Assembly: GCA_046296715.1 (NCBI GenBank)
Contig: JBKBIN010000022.1
Coordinates: forward strand, 1-15,749
Direction of reading: 5' to 3'
DNA length: 15,749 nucleotides
Origin: Candidatus Ratteibacteria bacterium
Lineage (GTDB): Bacteria > Ratteibacteria > UBA8468 > B48-G9 > JAFGKM01
Shown here in pieces: positions 8,439 through 15,749 of this stretch. Each line of letters begins with the position of its first letter. Position 1 is the first letter of the stretch. Under the pieces are notes generated by a model. The model was given only the letters and a program-made list of their open reading frames with translations. It was not told the DNA's origin and searched no databases. The position numbers and the translations under genes are program-made.

Positions 8439-9008
8439 ATGAAAAACAGAAAAGGACGAAAAATCTTATGGATAGACACTGAAATACAATTGAGATTTGT
8501 AATATTTACAATTATTTCTCTTGCTGTTTCCTGTTTTATTATAAGCAGTATAACCTTCAATAATATCTGGGTTGATGTAGCTGAAAAAATTTTGAAAGTA
8601 GGAGAAACGAGAAATCTATATTTAAGTTCTGTAAAAAAATTTATAATTTTGGATTTTGGGCTTATCGCTTTTCTTACTTTACTTGCAACACTTGGAATGA
8701 TAATACTTTCACATAAAGTAGCCGGTCCTGCTTATAGAATAACAAAAATACTTAAAGAACTACAAGAGGGTAAAATTCCAGAATTTAAATTGAGAAAAGG
8801 AGATACTTTAACTTCTATAATTGAAGAACTAGAAAAGTTTTCAAACAAATATAAAGAATTAACTGAATCAGCAATAAATGTAATTGAAATATGGAAAAAT
8901 ACAGAGGTTAAAGATATAAGTTTAAATATTGCCTTAAAGGAACTTGAAAATAAAGTATCACATATTTCCCTAAAGAAAGAGGGGGTGGAAAATGAAAAAA
9001 GGATTTAG
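8439..9008 (+). CDS. Two-TM membrane protein with HAMP-like linker and no output domain
   Basis: Two hydrophobic segments followed by SHKVAGPAYRI...L.EG....KLRKGD.L (HAMP-like) and a short helical tail. The start is ATG 8439 or TTG 8436. Confidence 0.7.
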   Translation: MKNRKGRKILWIDTEIQLRFVIFTIISLAVSCFIISSITFNNIWVDVAEKILKVGETRNLYLSSVKKFIILDFGLIAFLTLLATLGMIILSHKVAGPAYRITKILKELQEGKIPEFKLRKGDTLTSIIEELEKFSNKYKELTESAINVIEIWKNTEVKDISLNIALKELENKVSHISLKKEGVENEKRI

Positions 9009-9900
9009 TTTAATTGAGATTTTAATTTTATCTTTCATTGGTATAAGTATTTTGATACTGATAATAGGAGTGATGTCAAATTCAAGAGAATTTGCGAGAA
9101 CTATGGGATGTGTAAATAATATTAAGAGTATTGCTCAAGCGATTGAAAATTATCAGGCAGATTTTAAAGAAACACCAGTAACTTTGTCTTCTTTAATGCC
9201 AACTTATATTCAAAATTCAAGTGTATTTCATTGTCCAAGTGATAGAAAAAAACTTGATAGTTATTCAGCGTATTATATTGGAAGATATTTTGCAGAAGAG
9301 GACTCAAATAAGGCTTTTCTAATTTGTCCAAGACATTTTGGAGGGAAAAGAGTGGTTGTTGGTTATCTTTCATATGCTGTTGATATAGGAAAGACAAAAC
9401 TTGTTAACTGGTCTGGTTTAAATGCTGAATTTGGGAAGACATATAGTGGAGGAAATTTAAATTTTGAAGATGGAACAAAAGTTAATATTCTAAATGGAAA
9501 ACTTGGAGTTTTAGGTTCTTTTACAGATACAGAGGGGAAAATATACAGTATAATTTATGTGCCAGAAGGTGAAAATACCTCAATTGAAGTTGACCATAAG
9601 ACAGATTCAAGATTTGAAGTTATTACTCCTGCTGTAATTGCTGGTGTTGAAGGAACGAAATTTAATGTTGTTAATACATATTTTATTGATAATGGGATTC
9701 CTATAGATAGAACATCTTTTGCAGTTTTTGAAGGTGTCATAGAAGTTATAGAAAGAAATCGGGGGAGAAGAGAACAAGTGCAAGCAAATGAAGAAATTGT
9801 AATTGAAACAAAAACCTATGAAGAGATTAAAAAAGGAGTCCCAAGAAAACCTCCAAAGGTCAAACCACATATGATTAAAAAGAGTAAAAATAATTCTTGA
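8992..9900 (+). CDS. Type IV prepilin-like (N-methylation signal, DUF1559-like) protein fused to a C-terminal FecR-like domain
   Basis: MKKG|FSLIE class III signal with Glu at +5 and a hydrophobic helix. REFAR..GCVNNIKSI...IENY and FHCPSD resemble DUF1559-type pilins. LNFEDGTKV, FEVITPAVIAGVEGTKFNV and AVFEGVIEV resemble FecR-domain motifs. A G-rich SD lies upstream. Confidence 0.72.
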   Translation: MKKGFSLIEILILSFIGISILILIIGVMSNSREFARTMGCVNNIKSIAQAIENYQADFKETPVTLSSLMPTYIQNSSVFHCPSDRKKLDSYSAYYIGRYFAEEDSNKAFLICPRHFGGKRVVVGYLSYAVDIGKTKLVNWSGLNAEFGKTYSGGNLNFEDGTKVNILNGKLGVLGSFTDTEGKIYSIIYVPEGENTSIEVDHKTDSRFEVITPAVIAGVEGTKFNVVNTYFIDNGIPIDRTSFAVFEGVIEVIERNRGRREQVQANEEIVIETKTYEEIKKGVPRKPPKVKPHMIKKSKNNS

Positions 9901-12107
9901 TGAGATATATTTTAAAATTTATCTTTGCTTTCTTAATTTTTACTCTTATTTTCATATCACATAAAAATAATAAATTTGAAAAACTTGAATTTTTAATCTA
10001 TGATAGAAACATAAGAAATTCACCTTTAGAAGAAGGACTACCAATTGTTATAGTTGGAATCACTGAAGATTTTGAAAAAGAAATTGGACAACCTTTTTCA
10101 AGGAAGTATTATTCACAAATTTTAAAAATATTAAAAGAGGAAAATGCAGATATTGCTGTTTTTGATATATTTTTCCCTACTTTTTCAGAAAATAATAAGG
10201 AGGATTTAGAATTTTTACTCTCTATAAAAGAAAATGGCAGAGTTATTTTACCTGTATTTTCACCAGTAAAACCTAACAAAAGAGATGGACTATTTTATCT
10301 TGTTGAATCTATAAGAGGTAGTGCTTCTCAATTTGAAAGATATGCCCTTTCTTTTGGCCATATTAATACATATCAGGATAAAGACCAGATAGTTAGAAAA
10401 TTTCCTGCTTACATAAAATTGAACGAGAGAATTTATCCTCAACTTGGAATTGAAATAAATAGAATTAGAAGTGAAAGTAATTTTTTAAAGATTTTAAATT
10501 CAATTCCACTTGATCAAGATGGATGTTTTTACATAAGATATATTCCTCCAAGATTAATTGATAAATACTTTATTCGTTTTTCAGATGTTCTTAAAAAAAA
10601 TTATTCACAAGATTTTTTTAAGCAAAAAGTTGTTATAATTGGACAGACAATAGTTGGGGCTAAAAATGCTGATTTAATACCGACGCCTTTCGGAACTCAG
10701 TTTGGTGTTTTCGTACAGGCAAGTGCAATAGGAACAAATCTTTCTGGTAAATATATCATACACAAATTTTCTATTTTTTATCTTTTATTTTACTCCATCT
10801 TTTTAGCCATAATTTTTTCATTGTCTAAAATTTATCTGAATACTTTCTATACTTTTGGATTTATTGGTCTATGCTTTTATATGTCAAGAATTCTACTTAG
10901 TAAATATGGAATTTTTTTTGACATTGTTCCTTTTTTGTTTTTTACTTTTTTTTACTATCTTTCTTTAATTTTTTACTCATTATTTTCTGCTTTAAAAAAA
11001 CTTTTCCAGAAAGAGACAATTTTAAAACTTGTTAAACAAGCAGAACAGGAATTTACAGGGATTCTTAATCCTATAGAAGCATTCAGGAAAGAAGATTTAT
11101 CTTTTCTTGGATTTGGAAGTGAAGAGATAATAGAAAAAACTCCTTTAATGATATTACGAACAATTTTATTTTCTGCTGGTGTAGAATCTGGATGTCTTAT
11201 TTCATTCTATCACAATAAATTTGGAATGATAGCAAAGGAAGGAGATTTAATTAATGAAATAGATATTTACGAATTTGTAAAAAATATAGAAAAACCAAAA
11301 ATAATGAATAAATCTATCAATGATAAAATAAGAAACATTGCAATTATTCCAATTTTATCTCTTCCTGATTTCAAAATTTATGGAATTTTTATAAATAAAA
11401 AACCAACAATATTTTCAAAGACATCAAAATTTTCTTATGAAGACATAAACCTTATTCAAACTCTATCAATTCCAGGTATAATTGCAATCCAAAATTCTCA
11501 ATTGAACCTTATTTTAAAGGATACACAACTTGAAACAATTTTTCGTCTTGCAGTGTCCATTGAATATAGAGATAGAGAAACAGGAACACATATTCATAGA
11601 GTTAGTGAATATGCATATTTAATTGCAGAAAAACTTGGATTAAAAAAGACAGAGGCTACATTGATAAAAAATGCTATGCCTTTACACGATATAGGTAAAA
11701 TAGCAATCCCTGATAATATTCTTTTAAAACCAGGGACATTAACAGATGAAGAAAGAAAAATAATTGAAAAACATCCAATTATTGGAGCAAAAATGCTTGA
11801 AGGTTCAAAATCAATAATTCTTAAAGCAGCAGAAGTTATTGCCCTTTCACATCATGAAAAATACGATGGAACTGGTTATCCGTATGGTTTATCTGAGAAT
11901 AAAATTCCACTCTATGGAAGAATTGCTGCATTATCTGATGTTTTTGATGCTTTAACTTCTAATAGAATATACAAAAGTTCAATAAGTGTGGATAAGGCTT
12001 TTGAAATAATAAATGAAGAAAAAGGAAAATCATTTGATCCGAAACTTGTTGAAATATTTACAAAATCAAGAGAAGAAATAATTGAGATACAGAAAAAGTT
12101 TAGTTAA
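9900..12107 (+). CDS. CHASE2 sensor - 3TM - (GAF-like) - HD-GYP cyclic-dinucleotide phosphodiesterase
   Basis: CHASE2 motifs IVIVGI, VFDIFF, GHIN..DKDQIVRK, KVVIIG and DLIPTPFG...GVFVQA, then three TM helices. HD-GYP motifs are RDRETGTHIHRV, LHDIGK, HHEKYDGTGYP and DVFDALTSNRIYK. ATG 9900 overlaps the upstream TGA (TGATG). Confidence 0.9.
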   Translation: MRYILKFIFAFLIFTLIFISHKNNKFEKLEFLIYDRNIRNSPLEEGLPIVIVGITEDFEKEIGQPFSRKYYSQILKILKEENADIAVFDIFFPTFSENNKEDLEFLLSIKENGRVILPVFSPVKPNKRDGLFYLVESIRGSASQFERYALSFGHINTYQDKDQIVRKFPAYIKLNERIYPQLGIEINRIRSESNFLKILNSIPLDQDGCFYIRYIPPRLIDKYFIRFSDVLKKNYSQDFFKQKVVIIGQTIVGAKNADLIPTPFGTQFGVFVQASAIGTNLSGKYIIHKFSIFYLLFYSIFLAIIFSLSKIYLNTFYTFGFIGLCFYMSRILLSKYGIFFDIVPFLFFTFFYYLSLIFYSLFSALKKLFQKETILKLVKQAEQEFTGILNPIEAFRKEDLSFLGFGSEEIIEKTPLMILRTILFSAGVESGCLISFYHNKFGMIAKEGDLINEIDIYEFVKNIEKPKIMNKSINDKIRNIAIIPILSLPDFKIYGIFINKKPTIFSKTSKFSYEDINLIQTLSIPGIIAIQNSQLNLILKDTQLETIFRLAVSIEYRDRETGTHIHRVSEYAYLIAEKLGLKKTEATLIKNAMPLHDIGKIAIPDNILLKPGTLTDEERKIIEKHPIIGAKMLEGSKSIILKAAEVIALSHHEKYDGTGYPYGLSENKIPLYGRIAALSDVFDALTSNRIYKSSISVDKAFEIINEEKGKSFDPKLVEIFTKSREEIIEIQKKFS

Positions 12108-12120
12108 AAAATTGGTTGTT

Positions 12121-12438
12121 ATGAAAAGGGAAGAAATAAAAATTTATTATTATAAAAGCAGAGGACCAGGCGGGCAGAGAAAAAATAAAAAATTAACAAG
12201 CGTTAAAGTTATTCATATCCCAACTGGTATAACTGCAAAAGGGACTGAATTTCGTTCCCAAGCGAAAAATAAACAAATTGCATTAAAACGACTTGAAGAA
12301 AAACTTAATAAATTACAAGAAAAGAAAAAAGAGAGAATAAAAACAGAAAAGCCATTATACGCTAAAATAAAACAAATTGAGGAAAAGAGAAAAAGAAGTG
12401 AGAAGAAAAAATTAAGGCAGAAAATAAGAGAATTTTAA
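12121..12438 (+). CDS. Stand-alone GGQ peptide chain release factor-like protein (ArfB / C12orf65-like ribosome rescue peptidyl-tRNA hydrolase)
   Basis: SRGPGGQRKNK, HIPTGI and RSQAKNK..A motifs plus a very basic C-terminal tail, with no codon-recognition domain. ATG 12121 (105 aa) is preferred over TTG 12082, which overlaps the upstream gene. Confidence 0.88.
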   Translation: MKREEIKIYYYKSRGPGGQRKNKKLTSVKVIHIPTGITAKGTEFRSQAKNKQIALKRLEEKLNKLQEKKKERIKTEKPLYAKIKQIEEKRKRSEKKKLRQKIREF

Positions 12439-12464
12439 AGTCCTCTTTTTTAAAACCTTAAATC

Positions 12465-12492
12465 TTGCATATTTTTTAAAAATCAATATAAT
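12465..12492 (+). promoter_or_regulatory. Probable sigma70 promoter for the small ORF and tRNA-Ser
   Basis: TTGCAT 12465-12470, a 16-nt spacer and TATAAT 12487-12492. Confidence 0.55.
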
Positions 12493-12536
12493 TTTTCAAT
12501 AAAAAGAGGTAAAATTTATAAAAAATGGAGGTAAAG

Positions 12537-12737
12537 ATGGGCAAACTTAAAGAAGAATTAAACAAAATATACCATAAAAAAAGAGAGAAAGCGAAAGAAC
12601 AATTAAAACTATTTGAGCAAGGGAAAATAACTTATCAACAACTTAATCGTCTTGCAAAAAAATTATTTTATAAAAGAATAAAAGCAGGATACCAGTTCCC
12701 TAAAACAGTTTTATTTAAAAATGTTGAAAATGTGTAG
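12537..12737 (+). CDS. Small basic hypothetical protein (66 aa)
   Basis: GGAGGT SD at 12527-12532 just before ATG 12537 (the track starts at 12525). It fills the gap between the promoter and the tRNA, is Lys/Arg-rich and matches no family I recognise. Confidence 0.7.
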   Translation: MGKLKEELNKIYHKKREKAKEQLKLFEQGKITYQQLNRLAKKLFYKRIKAGYQFPKTVLFKNVENV

Positions 12738-12747
12738 AAAAATTTAA

Positions 12748-12835
12748 GGAGGGGTCGCATAGTGGACGAGTGCGCACGCTTGGAAAGCGTGTATCCACAT
12801 TTAGTGGATCGTGGGTTCGAATCCCACCCCCTCCG
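12748..12835 (+). tRNA. tRNA-Ser (anticodon GGA), type II with long variable arm, CCA not encoded
   Basis: Acceptor stem GGAGGGG/CCCCTCC with discriminator G. Anticodon stem CACGC/GCGTG with loop TT-GGA-AA (anticodon 12782-12784). Variable arm ATCCAC/GTGGAT; T arm GTGGG-TTCGAAT-CCCAC. A T run follows. Confidence 0.97.
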
Positions 12836-12864
12836 TTTTTTTAAAAATTGTATAATAATATTAA

Positions 12865-14631
12865 ATGGAACTTATAAAGAAACTGAAAGATTATGTTTTA
12901 GAATATAGAAAGGACTTTATTTTACTAATTATTATTGTTTTGTTGAGAAATGGGATTGATCTATCAAGACCTTATATCTCTAAAATAATAATTGATAAAG
13001 GGATAATCCCTAAAAATCTTTTTATATTGAATCTATGGGGAGGAATACTTTTAACTCTTTTTTTAATCTATTCACGGCTTATGGCTTTTGAAACAGTGAC
13101 AAGTAATAAAATACAACAAGGAGTTGTATTCAGATTAAGAAATAAGGTTTATCATAAACTTCAAAGATTATCTTTAAGTTATTTCAACAAAGAAAAGAAA
13201 GGAGATATTCTTTCAAAATTGATGTCTGATGTTGAACAATTGCAGAGAATTATCACAGATGGTTTTATTGTTTTTTTAATGTCTATTTTTACTTTTTTTG
13301 GTGCTTTTTTTATTTTATTAAAATTAAATAAAATCTTAACTTTGTTAATGATGTTTCCAATAGCAGGTATTGGTTTTCTTGTTTATATCTTTACTGAGAA
13401 AGCACATAAAGGATATAGAGAGGTTAGAAAAATTAGAGGGGAACTTACTTCTTCTTTGCAGGAAAATATATTTGGGATTAAAGAAATAAAAGCATATACA
13501 AGAGAAAAAAGGCAACTTGCAAAATTTTCTTTTAAAGGTAGAAAATTTTTCAAAATAAATATTTATGTTGCTAAAGTATGGGCTACTTATCAAAGTTGGA
13601 TTATTTTTTTAAGTTCAATTGGATATTTAATAATAATTTGGTTTGGAGGGAGAAAAGTTTTAACAGGAGAGATATCAATTGGAACTCTTGTTGCTTACAT
13701 TGGGTATTTACACTTACTTTATACTCCTATCCATCAGTTAAATCATGTAAATCACTTGATGCAACATGCAAGAGCAGCTGGAGAAAGAATTTTTGGGATA
13801 ATGGATGCATATACAGATGTTAAAGATAGTCAAAATGCTATTTCTCTTACCACATCCTTGAAAGGCGATGTAAAATTTGAAAATGTTTATTTTGCCTATG
13901 AGAAAGAAAACTATGTATTGAAAAATATATCATTTGAAGTTAAAGGGGGTGAAAGAATTGCTCTTGTTGGACCAAGTGGTGCAGGTAAATCTACTCTCGT
14001 TAGTTTAATCCCAAGATTTTATGATGTGAATAGCGGGACAATATATATTGATGGTAGAGAAATAAAAACTTATAAAATTTTCTATTTAAGGTCTCAAATA
14101 GGAATTGTTTTGCAGGAACCATTTATTTTTAGTGGAACTATTTTTGAAAATATTACTTTTGGTAAAGAGGATGTTAGTGAAGATGAAGTTATTGAAGCAG
14201 CAAAACTCGCAAATGCTCATGACTTTATATCAAGTTTACCCGATGGATATGAAACAGATGTTGGAGATATGGGGAATTTGCTTTCAGTTGGTCAGAAACA
14301 GAGAATAGCGATAGCAAGGGTCTTCCTTAAAAATCCATCAATTTTAATACTTGATGAATTTACATCTTCACTTGATGCAGAATCAGAGAGTTTAATCCTT
14401 GAAGCATTAGAAAGATTAATAGAAGGAAGAACTGTTTTTATAATTGCACATAGATTATCACTTGTAAGAAATGTTGATAAAATACTTGTTTTAAATGAAG
14501 GAGAAATTGTAGAACAAGGAACTCATTTAGAATTATTAAAGAAAAAAGGTCTTTACTATAAACTTTATAACCTTCAATATCCACTTGAAAAAATAGAAAA
14601 GGAAATAAGCGAGTTAAATAAATTATTTTAA
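12865..14631 (+). CDS. ABC exporter, fused permease/ATP-binding protein (MsbA/Sav1866 type)
   Basis: N-terminal TM domain, Walker A GPSGAGKST, Q-loop VLQEP, signature LSVGQKQR, Walker B ILILDE and H-loop IIAHRLS. Confidence 0.95.
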   Translation: MELIKKLKDYVLEYRKDFILLIIIVLLRNGIDLSRPYISKIIIDKGIIPKNLFILNLWGGILLTLFLIYSRLMAFETVTSNKIQQGVVFRLRNKVYHKLQRLSLSYFNKEKKGDILSKLMSDVEQLQRIITDGFIVFLMSIFTFFGAFFILLKLNKILTLLMMFPIAGIGFLVYIFTEKAHKGYREVRKIRGELTSSLQENIFGIKEIKAYTREKRQLAKFSFKGRKFFKINIYVAKVWATYQSWIIFLSSIGYLIIIWFGGRKVLTGEISIGTLVAYIGYLHLLYTPIHQLNHVNHLMQHARAAGERIFGIMDAYTDVKDSQNAISLTTSLKGDVKFENVYFAYEKENYVLKNISFEVKGGERIALVGPSGAGKSTLVSLIPRFYDVNSGTIYIDGREIKTYKIFYLRSQIGIVLQEPFIFSGTIFENITFGKEDVSEDEVIEAAKLANAHDFISSLPDGYETDVGDMGNLLSVGQKQRIAIARVFLKNPSILILDEFTSSLDAESESLILEALERLIEGRTVFIIAHRLSLVRNVDKILVLNEGEIVEQGTHLELLKKKGLYYKLYNLQYPLEKIEKEISELNKLF

Positions 14632-15716
14632 GTATTTTCAACCAGATATTTTCTTATCTTTTCGGCTTCTTTTAAATTTTTTACTTTCCAAAGTGGTTGA
14701 TATACAATTCTTTCAGGTCCAAGTTCTTTATGGAATACTTTTATTTCTTCAAAAGAACAAGGATAAATTATAACATTTTTCCCTGCCTTGATTATTTTTC
14801 TGAATAGGTCAATCCAGTAAATATGAGGTTTATTCCCTGCTCCAGGAACCCACTGTATTGCATTTAATTTTTTTATTGAAAGTAAATCATCAAGATGTTT
14901 CAAAGCACCTGGTCCATCAAGATGAAATATTGAATAGTCAAGGAAATTTGCCTCATATTCAATATATGGTAAAGCAAATTTTCTGAACATCTCTGGTGAT
15001 ATCATACAGATAAAATCGCATTGAATTGTGCAATATTTTTTTTCAGAATAAAGAGGAATCCAACAAGTTGTCCCAAATTTTTTCATATCTGTTGAATTAT
15101 AAATTTCATTATAAACATCTATAAAGATATTTTTTGTTTCTTCAAGTATTTTTTTAATAAAATCTGGTCTTTCAATTAAATCAATACATAAATTTTCACT
15201 TCCTCTAATTGCTCTCAATAAATCAAGATGGGTATGAAAGTCAGGCATCTGTAATAAGAACTTTTCATCTCCTTTCTTAGAAGCATATTTATAAAAATTT
15301 AAAAATTTTTTATACCATTCTCCTTCTTTATCAATCTCAATTTTTTCAAAGTTTTCCCAGTTATTAATAAATGGTTCTATCCATGCAGTTCCACTTTTAA
15401 TTCTTACATTTTTATCTGCACCTTTCACAAAATAAGAAATCGTATCTGGACCGAAAGAAATATTTAAAGAAGGGATTGATTCTGCATAAAAGATTGTATT
15501 TTCACAAAAATTTTCAAATTCTTTTACAGGTTTTTCAAAATCTCCATCAATACCTGATAAGTAAGAAGGTCCATTAATATTTTTATTTTCGTCTTTTGAA
15601 AACGAGATAATAAGCAAAGGTCTATCTATTATTTCGCCATTCCAAAAAGTTTCCCAGTATTTTATTGCTTGTTCAAAGTCATCCTTATATTTTAGACCCA
15701 ATTTTTGTTTTTCCAT
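14628..15716 (-). CDS. Uroporphyrinogen decarboxylase (URO-D)/MtaA-CmuA superfamily protein of unknown substrate
   Basis: DLLRAIRG.ENLCIDL, IQCDFICMISPEMFRKFALP, FHLDGPGALKHLDDLL and IQWVPGAG motifs typical of URO-D-like TIM-barrel proteins. Confidence 0.78.
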   Translation of the reverse strand: MEKQKLGLKYKDDFEQAIKYWETFWNGEIIDRPLLIISFSKDENKNINGPSYLSGIDGDFEKPVKEFENFCENTIFYAESIPSLNISFGPDTISYFVKGADKNVRIKSGTAWIEPFINNWENFEKIEIDKEGEWYKKFLNFYKYASKKGDEKFLLQMPDFHTHLDLLRAIRGSENLCIDLIERPDFIKKILEETKNIFIDVYNEIYNSTDMKKFGTTCWIPLYSEKKYCTIQCDFICMISPEMFRKFALPYIEYEANFLDYSIFHLDGPGALKHLDDLLSIKKLNAIQWVPGAGNKPHIYWIDLFRKIIKAGKNVIIYPCSFEEIKVFHKELGPERIVYQPLWKVKNLKEAEKIRKYLVENT

Positions 15717-15749
15717 AAGTTTTAACTTTTGAAACCAAAATAGTATAAC

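Noticed and set aside
12836..12842. T run after the tRNA as an intrinsic terminator
   Set aside because: There is no independent hairpin, only the tRNA's own stems, so it cannot be supported as a separate feature.
12748..12864. tRNA-Ser as an integration site for a genomic island
   Set aside because: There is no integrase, no duplicated tRNA 3' end and no evident compositional shift in the window.
14281..14375. ABC signature LSVGQ and DEFT as a degenerate ATPase site
   Set aside because: The catalytic Glu, Walker A Lys and switch His are retained, and LSVGQ is a common variant in this exporter family.
1808..14641. Short ORF-track entries at 1808-1993, 4182-4379, 4952-5221, 6048-6236, 7674-7868, 9164-9397, 9555-9740, 9607-9870, 13345-13593, 13578-13823, 14105-14308 and 14438-14641
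   Set aside because: All lie antisense or out of frame within well-supported genes and show no recognisable motifs, so they are treated as shadow ORFs.
1..15749. CRISPR arrays, tandem repeats, IS elements, rRNA
   Set aside because: No regularly spaced repeats, terminal inverted repeats with a transposase, or rRNA-like GC-rich segments were seen, and the intergenic gaps are all about 100 bp or less.

Overview
This is a very AT-rich, tightly packed bacterial chromosomal window with no CRISPR array, integrase or transposase. From left to right it holds: the 5' part of a TMTC-like GT-C glycosyltransferase gene (minus strand, cut by the window edge and missing from the ORF track); a membrane-fused spermidine-synthase-like gene, htpX and larB (+); and a 4-gene minus-strand operon of flavodoxin/WrbA-like, ileS, a YacP/Rae1-type NYN RNase and a translin/TRAX-like protein. 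A divergent, translationally coupled plus-strand operon follows: a 2-TM HAMP-like protein, a type IV prepilin/DUF1559-like + FecR-like fusion, a CHASE2-TM-HD-GYP phosphodiesterase and a stand-alone GGQ release-factor-like protein. The window ends with a small basic ORF, tRNA-Ser(GGA) without encoded CCA, an MsbA-type ABC exporter and a convergent URO-D-superfamily gene. The best candidates for an undescribed system are (1) the pilin-FecR / CHASE2-HD-GYP surface-sensing module and (2) the ileS-coupled NYN + translin RNase pair. All calls come from motif recognition by eye; no database searches were run.
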